DNA of 64,000 nt from Octopus sinensis (GCF_006345805.1 NC_043014.1:31558001-31622000); one strand, 5' to 3'; numbered from the stretch's first letter, positions 48,271 to 61,860 are shown. Numbers and translations: made by a program. Notes: generated by a model not told the origin, from the letters alone.

Positions 48271-49554
48271 TATAAATATATGAAATTATTAAATATCTAC
48301 AATTGCTGTGGTTGAAGTTGATGCCTATGAATCCTCCAAGTTTGACTTTCTTCTCAGAACACAAGAGATACATCAGAGTGGATTGATATATCTTCACCAA
48401 CACCGCCACCACCATCATCATCATAATCATCATCAATATTATTAATACCATCACCAATATCATTAGCATTATTATTTTTATTGAAGGCTTTTGCTTTACT
48501 TTCTTTCTTTCCCACTCACTTTCCACTTCCATATGTGTGTGTGTGTGTGTAAACGTAATCCTAATTTTACTATACAAAAGAAAAAGAAAAAAATTAAAAT
48601 AACAGAAATCTAAATCAATAAAAAAAAACTTTGTTCCTAATATAAATATTTGAACTGTGTTATATTTACTGAATAGAAAAAGGAAAATGCATTTACCTGA
48701 ATTATGTTTTATTCTAATGTTTGTGTGAGCACACACACACACACACATATATATATATTGTAAGCATATAAAATGTGTTAATATGAAAGAGGAGAGGAAG
48801 TTTCATGAAAGGAAGAGAAACAGTAGAAGCTATAAAGATGAAGGGAAGGAGGGTCAGAGAGAGAGGGGGAGGAGATAGAGAGACAACAGCATGGAGAAAG
48901 AAATGCAGGGTGTGAAAGGGATAAAAAAAAGGAGATAAAACAACAATAAAGAAAAAAAAAACCCAGTTGAAATAAAAGAAACAGAAAAAAAAACCCAGTG
49001 AGAAATAGAGTTGAACTAGAAAGGGAATGAAAAATAAAACAAGAGTAGGGAAGAAATAGAATTAAACAGAATTATGAAAAAGGGAGAGGGAAAGAAAGAA
49101 ACGACCTAAACGAATGAAAGGGATGTATAAAATGTGCAGTGAAAAAATATAAAACATGAGAGAAATATATAGAAAGCGAAGGACAATGTATGACAGCTTA
49201 AATATTTTTGTTTCATCATTGTCATTATTTAACATCTAGTTTCCATGCTGGCCTGGGTTGGACAGCTTGACAGAAGCTGGTGAGCCTGAGGATTGTGCCA
49301 AACCCTATCTTCTGCTTTGGCATGGTTTTTATAACTGGACGCCCTTCCTAATGCATGTACTGGATGCTTTTTAAATGGCACCAGCACCAGTGGACTCACC
49401 AAGTAATTTGTTAGCCTAGTTTGAAGGTTGCTGAAGAGGCAGGCCAATACTCACAGCTTTTTCAGTTTAAGCGTAACCTTGTCATTCAAGAATCTACACG
49501 GAAAGACCAAAACTGATTCCAATTAACTAAAGCAACATATGTAAGCTTGAATGC

Positions 49555-49945
49555 CTTCTTTTACTTGTTTCAATCATTTAACTGTGGCCATGCTGGAGCA
49601 CCGTCTTAAGGGGGTTTTAGTTGAAGAAATTTACCCCGGGAAAAATTCTTTCTAAGTGTCGTACTTATTCTATTGGTCTCTTTTGCCAAACAACTTTGTT
49701 ATGGGGATGTAAACACACCAACATTTGTTGTCAAGCAATGGTGGTGGGGGGACAGACACGAAGACACACACACACACATATATATATATGACAGACTTCT
49801 TTCAGTTTCTGTCTACAAAATCCACTCACAAAGCTTTGGTTAGCCTGAGGCTATAGTAAAAGACACTTGTCCAAGGTGCTATGCTGTAGGACTGAACCCA
49901 AAGCCATGTGGTTGGGAATCAAGCTTCTTACCACACAACCATGAG
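49555..49945 (-). mobile_element. SINE family A
   Basis: Homologous to 46526-46924. Confidence 0.75.
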
Positions 49946-50604
49946 CTGAGGAAGAGTGATTTTTTTTTCTTCTTTTTTACTTTGATTTGAAGAAAAGGAT
50001 TGTACCTATGGCCTTTGTAGACCCTCAGAGATTTATAAGATCAACATGGTTGATGTCCTTTCTGTATAGTTTTATGTCATTCATTAGCTGTAGGAAAAAA
50101 AATCTCAAGTAAGGAGGGAATTTCTGAGGGATAGCATTCATGGAAGGAAGGACCAAGGAACTGTGATTAGTGCAGAGCCGAGGTAGAGAGGATGAGAGGC
50201 AGGAGACAATTAAACCAAGTGCACTTGAGTAGAGTTGGTATGAGACTAACCAGTTACCAGGAGCAGAAACAATTGTATCAACAACAGAAAAAAGTGGAGA
50301 TTTGATTGTCTATTGAATCAACTATGGTCAGTTGTATCACTCAGGGTAAAACCATCAGAAAAATCAGTGTTTAGGTGTCTGATGAAACCAATCTTTAATC
50401 ACTCTTGATCTTCATGGCAAGTACTCCCTTGTTACAGCTCATCAGAACAGAATTTTGGTAATCAGTGACCTTGCATGGGGTTTCCATCACCATAGGTGGA
50501 ATTACAATGACAAATTCAGAGGCGTTTAATAATAGAAGCTATTATCTTCGTCAGCAGTTGTATCTTCAACCAAATATGAGTGAAGTCTAATGTGAAACAA
50601 ACTG

Positions 50605-50641
<37 letters not shown>

Positions 50642-51576
50642 TAAATAAAACATATGCATATATATAAACATATATGTACGTACCTACCTCTACATGTACA
50701 TATACATGCATATATGAGTACAGGACACCAAAAAGACGTCAAACACAATGAGAAACGAAAACATAGACACAAACCCAAGGAACTGGGCATTTTTTAAACA
50801 ACAAAAAAAATATAGAGTACAGGACAATTAACACAAAGAAAAAACCCCTTCTTCAGTCGCTATGGCTTCATCTACTCTATGTTTCGAAGGTGAAAGCGAG
50901 ACGTATCTTTGACAAGAAACTTTCCTTCCAGCGAAAAGCAAATCAATTCATGCTCAGTATCCCAACACACTGGCTGTTGAAAAGCTTGAGCTCTATGACC
51001 TTAAGGGCAGCAATCCAACCCCTTTAATTTCATAGAGACGATATTGATTAACATTATGAAAGCGTGTACAAGGATGTATTCACTTTTCACCTTCAAATAA
51101 ATGACATTCATACTTTACTCTTGTTACTAAATTCTCAGACGGTTATTCACAACTAGAAATGTTTTTAGACAAACGTAGATTTTGAAAGATCAGGTGTTGC
51201 TAGTTCTCTCATTTATACAAAGGAATAATGGATTAGAAATAAGATTATGAATAAAGTCAATACAGTCAAGAAGAGAAGATCACAGAATCACCACAGATGG
51301 TGGTGGTGGTTAGTTATATATGTCTGTGTATGAGTGTGTGTGTGTGTGTGTTATGTTCTTGTACAAAAGTAAACACTTTACCAAGGTTAGGAACAACACA
51401 TATATACATTAACACACATGCACATATATATATGTATATGTGTGTGTATAGATGCAGGTGTGGTCTGTGGTTATGAGGTTTGCTTCTCAATAATTGTTGC
51501 TTTTTAGGTTCAGTCCCACTGTGTGATATCCTGGGCAAGTGTTTTCTACTGTAGCCCCAGGTTGATCAAAGCCTTC

Positions 51577-51697
51577 TGAATGGATTTGGTAGATGGAAGA
51601 AACCAGTTGTGTGTGTACATTATATATATATATATATACATATATACAATGTACACACACAACTGGTTTCTTTCATCTTCCATCTACCAAATCCATT

Positions 51698-51699
<2 letters not shown>
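51577..51699. repeat. Local fold-back inverted duplication of a SINE head end around a (TA)n tract
   Basis: 51577-51621 mirrors 51648-51699 apart from a 7-nt indel. Confidence 0.85.
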
Positions 51700-51732
<33 letters not shown>

Positions 51733-51762
51733 TATATATACACATATACATATACATGTGTG

Positions 51763-51793
<31 letters not shown>

Positions 51794-52646
51794 ATAATTG
51801 AAAAAATTCGTTATAGGTATAATGATATAAAGATACCATAAACATGTATAAAAACGGAGAAAATATGTTAAAATCAAAATTGAGTTCAATACAAAATTGA
51901 ATTCAATACATATGCACGTTTCAAAAGACAATACAAATATTTAAGAAATAATAATAATAATTATAATTATAATTAGAGTTATGCATTGACATTCTTATCA
52001 GTGTGAAGAATTTTTAGGAAGAACATCAAAAAAGTTATTAATTCAATAAGGAAAAACAGATGGGATAATAGGGAAAAATTAAACTGGATATCTACAAATA
52101 AGTTGTAAAAGGGAAAAATAATATGAGAGATGAAAAAGAAAGACATCAATGTGTATGCAAGTCTATTTGAGCAAAAAGCTATAACTTAAAAAGTCTAACG
52201 GATATATTTAAAAAATAGAAAAAGATCGAGACAAAACACAATGTAAACAAAAACACGTGTGTCCAGCAGATATAAACAACACATTCACTCACAGAAAAAA
52301 GCCATAGAGAGTCAGACATATACATATTTATATTGAAAACGAAAAAAAATAATAAATATATTATTAGAAGCTTCTAGCTAAATAACAAAACTATATTTAA
52401 ATTGATTCAATATTTGAACATATATGATGTATTCGAAAAAAATCTCCCACTCATAAATTGCCCGGCTCAAGGGAGACATTCAAAAATGAATAAGAAACAA
52501 ATATATTAAGGAAAAAATATTAATTCACAAGGAATAAATACGTATACACCTAATACATAAGAATATACACACATACATACACATACATGCATGCATGTGT
52601 ATGGGAAGATACAAACATAATATAACAAATACGTATTCATATAAAT

Positions 52647-52678
<32 letters not shown>

Positions 52679-52849
52679 TATATACATACTTAAATACATA
52701 CAAATACAGACAACATATAGATACACATACACACATTCACAAACATATACACATACACTAAATATATACGAACAAATCACACATACATAGATATACACAT
52801 ATACATACATGTATACACATATATACATGCATATAGTCGAACAAATCAA

Positions 52850-53135
52850 CACCAGGACTTATTTTTTGTAGGCCTATTACTTATTCTATCGGTGTCTTTT
52901 GCCAAACTTATAAGTTAAGAGGACGTAAACACACCAACATCAGTTGTCAAGTGATAGTGAAGTGACAAACGCACACACACAAAGATACATATATATGTAA
53001 GACGAGCTTCTTTCAGTTTCCATCTACCAAATCCACTCACAAAGCCCTGGTTGGCCCAAGGCTATAGTAGTGTGACTGAACCCAGAACGATGTAGTTAGG
53101 AAGCAAGCTTCTTACCACACAGCCATGCCTGCACC
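52850..53135 (-). mobile_element. SINE family A, internally deleted
   Basis: Tail and head homologous to 46526-46924. Confidence 0.7.
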
Positions 53136-53146
53136 TATTCATACAT

Positions 53147-53180
<34 letters not shown>

Positions 53181-53414
53181 GCATGTATGCACATGTGTCT
53201 GTATGTATGAATGTTTGTCTTCCTGTCATGACATCACATAATTGTTGTAAATGAATGCCAATATTTTGCAAATTTCCATGGAGAAAAATAACCTGGGTTG
53301 CTAACAGGAAGGGCATCTAATTATAGAAAATCTGCTTCAATATATTTGATAATTTTCTATTTCAGTCAGTACCTATATTATATGTGCAAACTTAGCTGTA
53401 TACAAAATGGTAAA

Positions 53415-53615
53415 GTTAGCTTCCTGAGTCATGCCGACTCATAAGCGCCAGTTTCCTGATTTCCATGATGTAAAATTTGCCAGCTGAGTGGACTGGAGCA
53501 ATGTGAAACAAAGTGTTTTGCTCAAGAACACAATGTGTCGCCGAATCCAGGAATTGAAACCACAATCTTATGATCATGAGTTCAACACCCTAGCCACTAA
53601 GCTACACACCTCCAA
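53415..53615 (-). mobile_element. tRNA-derived SINE family C-like
   Basis: rc reads TAGCTTAGTGGCTAGGG..GGTTTCAATTCC..TGTGTTCTTGAGCAAAACACTT..GCTCCAGTCCACTCAGCTGG, sharing its body with 38406-38747. Confidence 0.7.
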
Positions 53616-53885
53616 GCTTGGCAGTATGGTTAAGAAGTTTACTTTGCAGCCAAGTGGTTTTGAATTCAGTCACACTACATGACATCTAGGGTCCATCATG
53701 GTCTTGTGAGTGAAATTAGCAGACAGAAATTGTAGAAGCCCATCCTATATATTTATGTATCTATCTATCTATCTATATTTATATATATATATATATATAT
53801 AAAAAGACCCCCTTCGGTCATAAATGACCGTGACTGCACCTACAAAGTTACCCTCCGTGGCACAAGTCTGGGTAAAGTTGTTCTT

Positions 53886-54375
53886 GTAGTGCGGCCTTTC
53901 CTCTTGTCCTTGATGACTTGGGATAAAAATTGGCCCTATCTCATCTTGTATGAGGAATACCAAATGTCTTCATTCATGCACTACCTGCCTGAGAAGAAAC
54001 TCAGACACTCCTTGGAGGGATCACTGTCAATAATGGCCTGAATCTCACCAACAAATTCAGTTCTTTTCTTATCAGAATAATCAGAGAGAGTTTTCTGAAC
54101 TTCCGCCAAATCTTTTCAAATCCTCTGCACTGTCCTCAGACTGACACCCAAACACCCTGAAATGTTCATATAGGAGCTTCCAATATGAATGCCAAGCTGT
54201 GCAGTATGTCGTTTCCAAATTTCTAGCAGGGTAAATGGCATCATGGTGCTGTTTTTCTCACAGATGGTACACAAAACTGACTCTACTATATTGCGTAGTC
54301 GACAAAATCAGAAACAAACAATGCGCATGCATGAAATTAAAAGTATAAAATGGCGACAATATATCCCATCTCACC

Positions 54376-54378
<3 letters not shown>
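53886..54378 (-). mobile_element. 5' half of the same maT-like transposon family as 45035-46283
   Basis: rc homology to 45035-45530; 5' TIR TA|CAGGGTGAGATGGGATATATTGTC. Confidence 0.85.
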
Positions 54379-54430
<52 letters not shown>

Positions 54431-55239
54431 AGTGTATAAAAATTTATATGCGAAGAGAAGACCACCATGTGGACTTTTTACATGCTAAAGAGGGCAATCA
54501 AATCCCAAACTACGAAAAAAAATTATTTATGGCACATTGCTTGTAGGCGAGCAGGACACTTGAATGAATAGAAATCTCAGTTAACTCTCTACCTATGAGA
54601 TTCACCATTAATAATCAAATAAATTAATTAATTAAACACCTGTGACTCATCAGTAGAGTTGCTGGAAAACATATAATTATGAGACTATAATATGTATCAA
54701 AAACACAAGCAAACACATGCACATTTAGTTCCATCTTTATACATCAAGAATTCAAATCTAATTTGTCCTCAAGCAATGTACGAAGTCAGAATAGTACAGC
54801 AGTGAATAAATTCAACCATGTATTATCTGGCCAAAGAATTGAAATATTTAACTATATTGTTAAATACCTTTGTATTTATATAGTTATATATATATATATA
54901 TAAATATTATATATCCTTCACTCATTTTTACACTAATTTTTCTGTGTTAGAATGGGCTAGGTGTGTTGTTTTATAGCTAAATTCTCTTCTTGTTACAAAT
55001 CTTTAACTATGTAGCAAGGAATTTTTTGTACCACATCAAAAGCCTTCCGAAAAAATCTCACCTGAAAGTCAATTCCACATCAAGAGATAACAGCATGGGA
55101 AAAAAAGGGTTGGCAACAGGAAGGGCATCCTGCTATAGAAAATTTGCCTCAACAAATCCTGTCCAACCTATATGAGCATGGAAAAGTAGATGTTGAAATG
55201 ATGATCCTGTCTTCATCTTTTGTTTTTCTATGAATTTCA

Positions 55240-57202
55240 ACTATATATTATATGCTCACGTGGTCACCCCAGTTTGATCCTGACTGATCTTCCTACTCTT
55301 TGGACTTGCATATCTGAACCACTTCCCAAACTTTCAGCACCTTTCCTCATTCACATACTAGCACTCCACCCAGATTACCACTGGATTTACTGACTCTACC
55401 TTCACGGATTTTTTTCATTGATGTAAACGTTTGCAGGCATCCCTGACATTTTAACATCTCCCCAGCCAAACTCTCAGCCCTTCAATGTCTCTGATGCCAC
55501 AAAGATATTATCATAAAACTGACTAACAAGGTTGGAGCTGTGGGGGTTTGGTGCACAGACCTTTACAAGGCTGAAGCGCTCCACCAACTTCAAGATACCT
55601 CCTTCTATTGCTCTCTGCCCTCCAACCCTACACCTAACTATCAACAGACTGCATCCTCTACTATTCATGACCTCGTTTCCTCCTCCCGCCTCCAACCTCA
55701 TTGTCTGCAATCCACGCACCCCCACTATTTACTTCTTTCCCAAAATTCACAAGCCCAACAAACCATCACCTCTGCCTGCAACTGCCCCATGGAAATGATC
55801 ACCTAATACCTCAACCATGTCTTTGCCCCACTAGTGGCTTCCCTCCCCTTCCACATCCATGCTCTTTAACACTTTCTCCTTCCCTTCTAGCCCCTCTAAA
55901 TTTCTGTTCGCTCTTGATATCAAGAGTCTATATACAGTGATCCCACACAAGGACTTCTTGCCCTCAAACACTTCCTAGACCTTCGACCCAACCCCCAACC
56001 TGACACATCCAGACTTCTTCGTCTGGCTGAACTTGTTCTCTCCCTAAACTGTTCATTTGCAGGGGAATTTTACCAACATGTGTTGGGAGTGGCCATGGGA
56101 ATGAGAATGGGCCTCCACCCCACAACTATGCAAACTTTTTCATTGGCTACATTGAAACCCAAATATTCTCACAATTCACTGGTCCCACTCCCAAACTATA
56201 TGGTCATTATATCGATGACTGTATTGGCATGACCTCACTCTCCAGCAAACAACTAGACTCCTTCCTCTCATTTGTCCAAATCTACCATCCTGCCCTTGAA
56301 TTCTCCTACATTATCTCTAACTCTTGCATCGAATTTCTCAACATTTCTATCAGAATACACCACTCCACTCTCACTACCTCCATCCACTACAAACACACAG
56401 ACTCACACTTCTACCTTAACTTCTCTCACCCTACCCACACCAAGCTCTCCATCCCCTACTCCCAATTCCTCCATCTGCGCAGACTCTGCAGTAACAATCA
56501 TGACTTTGAAACTCAGTCTCAACTCATGGTTCGCCACTTCATCCTGCATGGATATCCCCTCACACTGCCTTTGCCAGAACATGTTCTGTGGACTGTGTCT
56601 CTGCTTTTTCTCCTCACACCCACTCCACCGTTGCCCATCTCCCCTCACCTACCACCCCTCCAACACACCATTCCCTAAGCCTGCTATCGACTCCAGTCTA
56701 ACTTCTCCACCCCCTTTCCTCTTTCAAATGAGCCCATGATCTATGTGACCTCCTGGTCCACAGTTTCTTCCCTAACTCCACCTCCCAGCCTGGCTCATTC
56801 CCCTGCTCCCACCCACACTGTCGCACCTGCTTCTTCTCCAACACCACATCCTCAGAGACACTCACCATTGTCCCTATCACATCACCGACTCCTTTACCTG
56901 CACTTCTAGTAACATCATTTACTGCATCTCCTGCTCTCTGTCCTTCCTTGTACATCAGTCAAATGGGACACCACCTAGCTGACTGGATCACGGAGCACCT
57001 CTGAGACATCAGACTTGGCAATGACACCCCGGTCTCACGCTATTTCCGCTCTTCTGGACATTCACTACAACAGCTGTCTATGTTCGGACTGTCTTTGCAC
57101 AGAGGCCATCTGGACTCCTGCCTTCGCTGTGAACAGGAATTAATCTTCTCTCATTGCTCCTTTGTGCCACATGGGCTCAACTCACCTCCTCTCTTCATTT
57201 GA
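55240..57202 (+). pseudogene. Penelope-like retroelement ORF (RT + GIY-YIG, Neptune-like Cys linker), frameshifted
   Basis: PTIYFFPKIHKP; ALDIKSLYTVIPH; VLGVAMG..NYANFFIG; HYIDDCIG; YKHTDSH..SIPYSQFLHLRRLCS; PCSHPHCRTC; SNIIYCISC..LYISQMG..EH; EQELIF..PHGLN; TGA at 57200-02. Confidence 0.92.
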
Positions 57203-57347
57203 TACCAACCCCACACCACACATACCACTATATATGAGCAGTCACGCACACCATCATGCACACTCTCGCACCCACACAAGCACATAATACTTGAACACAG
57301 AAAATACATACTCCCATACACACACAAACACAATACCTGAACACAGG

Positions 57348-57388
<41 letters not shown>

Positions 57389-57800
57389 ACATACAAAGAT
57401 AACTTTCGTCCACATATATACACCATACACATGCACACTGTTTGGTCACAGACACACACCATATAAAAAAAGCACACATCACCTGCTATACATAACACAC
57501 ACACATCAGAGTCACTTGCCCCTATCCACACTTACACACACCATTCTCATATACACGCAAACCTTCTCTTGTTGGGACCACTAGCACTTTATCTCCTTTT
57601 CATTCAACCTCTTTTTTTTTCAATCATTCGCCATATTGGACCGCTGAAATCTACAAGTTTTTTCATTCTATCTCTGTTTATTTTCTCTTAATCCTTTTTG
57701 TTGAAGAGTGTAGGCTTGAAAAATAAAAGACTTCTTCATTTTTCCCCAGCATCAAACTAATACACTTGCTTGTCTTTTGTTTTTCAATAAATTTCATCTA
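57203..57800 (+). mobile_element. 3' trailer / terminal repeat of the Penelope-like element
   Basis: A CA-rich trailer followed by TTGAAGAGTGTAGGCTTGAAA (degenerate hammerhead-like core at 57701-21) and AATAAA. Confidence 0.5.
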
Positions 57801-57802
57801 CA

Positions 57803-58175
57803 GGAGCAGGCGTGGGTGTGTGGTAAGTATCTTGCTTACCAACCACATGGTCCCGGGTTCAGTCCCACTGCATGGCACCTAGGGCAAGTATCTTCTACTA
57901 TAGCCTTGGGCTGACCAGAGCTTTGTGAGTGAATTTGGTAGAGGGAAACTGAAAGAAGCCTGTCATATATATATATATTTGTGTGTCTGTGTTTGTCCCC
58001 CCACCATTGCTTGATAATTGATGTTGGTGTGTTTATGTCCCTGTAACTTAGTGGTTTGGCAAAAGAGACCAACAGAATAAATACTAGGCTTGCAAAGAAT
58101 AAGTCCTGGGGTCGATTTGTTCAACTAAAGGCAGTGCTCCAGCATAGCCGCAGTCAAATGACGGAAAAAAGTTAT
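57803..58175 (+). mobile_element. SINE family A, full length
   Basis: Homologous to 46526-46924. Confidence 0.8.
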
Positions 58176-58199
58176 AGATATATATATATGTATATAGTT

Positions 58200-58650
58200 T
58201 GGTTTTGTCATGTGATGCAGATGGATGCCAAGAGCTCCATAAAGAAGTGCTGATCATTCAAAGTAGATGGATCACGTGGAACTGGGAGACCCAGGAAGAC
58301 ATGGGATGAAGTACCGAAGGACCTTATGATGCTGAACTTTTCAGGTGAGATGACAAAGGAGTGAGATGCCTGGTGCCTTACTATACTTAAGAAGACCTGT
58401 ACTATGCAGTAGAAGTGTTAAGGTTGGTCCCTCTGGTGGTGAAAAACACTTGTGGCAGCACCACATAGAAGTGCCCATGCAGTGCCATGTTAAAAGCACC
58501 CAGCACACTCTCTGAAGTGGTTGGCATTAGGAAAGGCATCTAGTCATAGAAACCATGCCAAATCAGATCGGAGTCTGGTGCAGCTCCCCAGCTCTGGTCA
58601 AACCATCCAAACCATACCAGCATGGACAATAGATATTAAATAATGATGAT
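58200..58650 (+). mobile_element. RTE LINE 3' end with 3'UTR
   Basis: HVMQMDAKSSIKKC*SFKVDGSRGTGRPRKTWDEV, followed by the shared tail. Confidence 0.8.
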
Positions 58651-58655
58651 ATATA

Positions 58656-58693
<38 letters not shown>

Positions 58694-59939
58694 GACTTCA
58701 GCCATGAAACAACAAACACTTTTTTCAGCCTATTCTTTCCTTCTCTCTGGACCTTTCTTCTTTCCTATTTCTGACAAAAAAAATCATACTTGAAATGTCA
58801 CACTCCTTTTTTTTTCCATCTTAAACTGAGTGTCAACCTACTGTATATGTCCTTTTGATATTTGTTGTTTTTAATTTTAGTTTGCCAAGAGCCAGTTGCC
58901 TCCCCTATCAGCATGTGTGTATACTTACTGTGCTCCGCCTATAGCATTAAGAGTATTTTAACTCTTATTTTTAGCAATGTAGGTGGTCCGATACCCTTAG
59001 TGACAGTTTAATTTTTCCTTTATATCACATTGCACCTAGCTGTTTATATTAATTATTTATACACACACACATATGTATATATGTGTGTGTGGGGGGGTGT
59101 ATATATAGTATTTCCATGATCTTTTCTGCAATTTAAATTGCATTGCCAAAGCAACAAATTATGACATTAGCTTTGATAATTTAATAAGCTAAAATCTTAC
59201 TTCAAATGTAGTTTTGTTGCTCCAGTAGATATGTAACAATGAATTTTACAAACTGGCCATAGTTTCATTAGCTTTCATGTTTTCCAGATGCTTTCTTGAT
59301 ATTTTTAGGATTGTCAATGACTAGATTGCTATTTGGAGTTTAATGACCCACAGATTGAGGTGAACATTTACAGACATAATTTGATGATCAAAGAGTGCAC
59401 CAGAAACACTTTTGTAAGCTACATAGTTCATTACACAATTAATCCACTCTCAGTTCACAAATAAATAACCAAGTTGAGCTTTTGAGCCATTTTAGGTAAG
59501 TGTATTCTCAAAACTAATCATTTTTTTTTAGTTTAGAAACTTGCATGTACATATTGGCTTTTCTTATTTGTTGATTTCCAAAATACATTTTTCATTTTCA
59601 TTACCAATTTGTACATTCATAACTCCTCCTAAGATGTTATGTTTTGGTATTTGCCAAGTGAGAAAAACTCATGATAGAAGTCTACAACTTCATTTTCATC
59701 ACATGCATCAAGTTAGACTGCAGCAGGAGTACAAGGATTCCTATTGAAAGCAACAATTTTCATTCTAAGGGAGGATCTTTTATCTGCTATTTAATGACTT
59801 AAATTTAATGCCAGACATGAAAATGCTAGTAGTGGCATTGGTCTCTATTGTTACTGTGAGAAAAACAGAATTGATTCATAAGAAAGAAATTGGAAGTTAC
59901 AATCAAGCCAGTGTCTGGAAACTCAATAAAATCAGTAAA

Positions 59940-60240
59940 TTCTTCCTACAGCTTCAGTCCCACTGCATGGCAACATGCGCCAGTGTCTTTTACTATAGCT
60001 TTAATCCGACCAAAGCCTTGTGAGTAGATTTGGTAGACGGCAACTGAAACAGGCCCATCATATATGTGTGTGTGTGTGTGTGTGTGTTTGTGTCTGTCCC
60101 CCACAGCTGCTTGACAATCAGTGATGGTTTGTTTATGTCCATGTAACTTAGTGGTTCAGTAAGAAACTGATAGAATAAGTACTGGGATTGATTACAATTC
60201 ACCAAGGTGGTGCCCCAGTATAATGACGGAAACAAATAAA
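59940..60240 (+). mobile_element. SINE family A, 5'-truncated
   Basis: Partial head, (TG)n spacer and tail. Confidence 0.7.
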
Positions 60241-60429
60241 AGATAAACATCAAGACCAACAGTATTTAGCGATACTATGTTATTCCCAGATGATATTAAG
60301 CAAAGCACAGGTAGCATTTAAGATCCCAGCTTGATATAGAAATTTAACACAGAGAATGTGCTACTTTATGGTTCTTCTATTTGGGACACTAACCAAACAG
60401 CTTGAAACTATGCTGGATGGCAACTATAT

Positions 60430-61115
60430 GTGCCATCACAAGAGATGCAGTGGAATTACAGACAGACTAGTAGAGAACATACATTCTGTATTTGATAGAT
60501 GCACTGGAGCAGTATGTAATGTGAACACCCCGGAAATAGATGCTCTTGAATGCAAGGATGGTTCACTGGTAATAGTTGATAGCTTTTGTTACCTAAAAGA
60601 TGTAATTAGTAAAGGAGGTGGCTGCTCTGAAAGTATAGCAGCCTGAGTAAGAATGAGCTAGAGAAAGTGCAGGGAGCTACTGCCACCATTGGTAACAAAG
60701 GTAATTTCCCACAGTTCAAAGGATAGATTATATGATGTTTGTGTGAGAACTGCAATATTGCATAGTGGTAAGACAGGGGCCTTAAGAACAGAGAACTTGA
60801 GAGGACTAGAAAGAAATAAAAGGAGCATGGTCCACTGGACGTGCAATGTAAATGTAACTGAACAGCACAGTATAAATGTGCCAAGATAAAAACTGGGTAT
60901 AAGAGGTATCAGATGTAGTGTATAAAAAAGAAGATTGTGTTGGTATGGACATGTTATGCATATGGATGAGGACAGATGTATTAAGAAATGCTGATCACTA
61001 ATTGTCACTGAAGCTTGAGGAAGAAGGAAAACTAAGAAGATATTGAATGAAGTGGTGAAAGCTGATCTCATGACTTTGAACCACATAGGTGAAATAACTA
61101 AGGACCAGGATGGTG
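60430..61115 (+). mobile_element. RTE LINE RT C-terminal region, decayed
   Basis: VDSFCYLKDVISKGGGCSESIAA*VRM..RELLPPLVTK..KDRLYDVCVRTAILHSGKT..RRLCWYGHVMHMDED..LNEVVKADL. Confidence 0.85.
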
Positions 61116-61139
61116 ATATGAGGTTGAGGTAATCTTTGA

Positions 61140-61860
61140 AATTGACTTCAGGAAGTATTGTGTGCGTATAAATGCACAAATGGGCACTTCCACCCTATCT
61201 CCTCCGAATATCCCCCCCTGTCTAATCATCATTTCTCTCACTGTGTCTCTCATCCCTCTTGTGACTATCCTATTTTTCTTGCTACCTGGAAATATTTCAC
61301 TTGTTAGCCATTCTTCATCCATTAAAATAGTTCTCCTTGCCCACATTAGTAATTCCCCATCCACTACTTAACCACCAAATTATCTCCTCTCGTGCATTTT
61401 GCCTGCCTCTCTCCTCACCCCACTCCTGTAGCCTACCCAACCAGATACCATCTCTCTCTTGTCCTCCTCCCTGTAAACTGTACCATCACTATCACTACTA
61501 CTATGCTTCCACTCACCCCTTCTCACTTCTACATCCCTCAATCTTTCCCCAACTCATGCATCATTAATCAGCCATCACACCCTGCATCCACCCTTCAATC
61601 TTATCCAATCTTTAAAGCTGTTGCCTCCCTCCTATCTCCACTTTCTTTCCCCCCACACCTGTACACTCTTGCAAATATGCAATTTCCAAAGTCCTCTGTC
61701 CCAACACACTCACCTGATACCTTGAGGAGACACCTGTACTTGCAACTCTTACTAATTATTCTCTCACCCAGAGGTAAGTAACCATATAGCTCCTCTTCAA
61801 GAACCTGCTTCCCTCCCGCCTTCCTTTCTTTCATACTTCAATACCCTTGTCTCCTTGCAC
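61140..61860 (+). repeat. CT-rich interspersed repeat family E, longest copy
   Basis: Pyrimidine-skewed body plus the shared end TAGCTCCTCTTCAAGAACCTG..CTTTCATACTTCAA. Confidence 0.4.

Noticed and set aside
47918-48748. 276-aa ORF, the longest in the track (similarly 1971-2687 and 12462-13019)
   Set aside because: Translation of (TA)/(TG)/(GATA)/(CAT) microsatellites, which are stop-poor by composition.
50100-50520. Possible LINE endonuclease remnant on the minus strand
   Set aside because: Only vague VSAP/GN similarity across frameshifts; I cannot support it without a profile search.
50820-50950. Possible minus-strand hammerhead (CCTTC-GAAA-CAT..CTGAAGA)
   Set aside because: No U at position 16.1 and no consistent stem II register; at most a decayed Penelope-type terminus.
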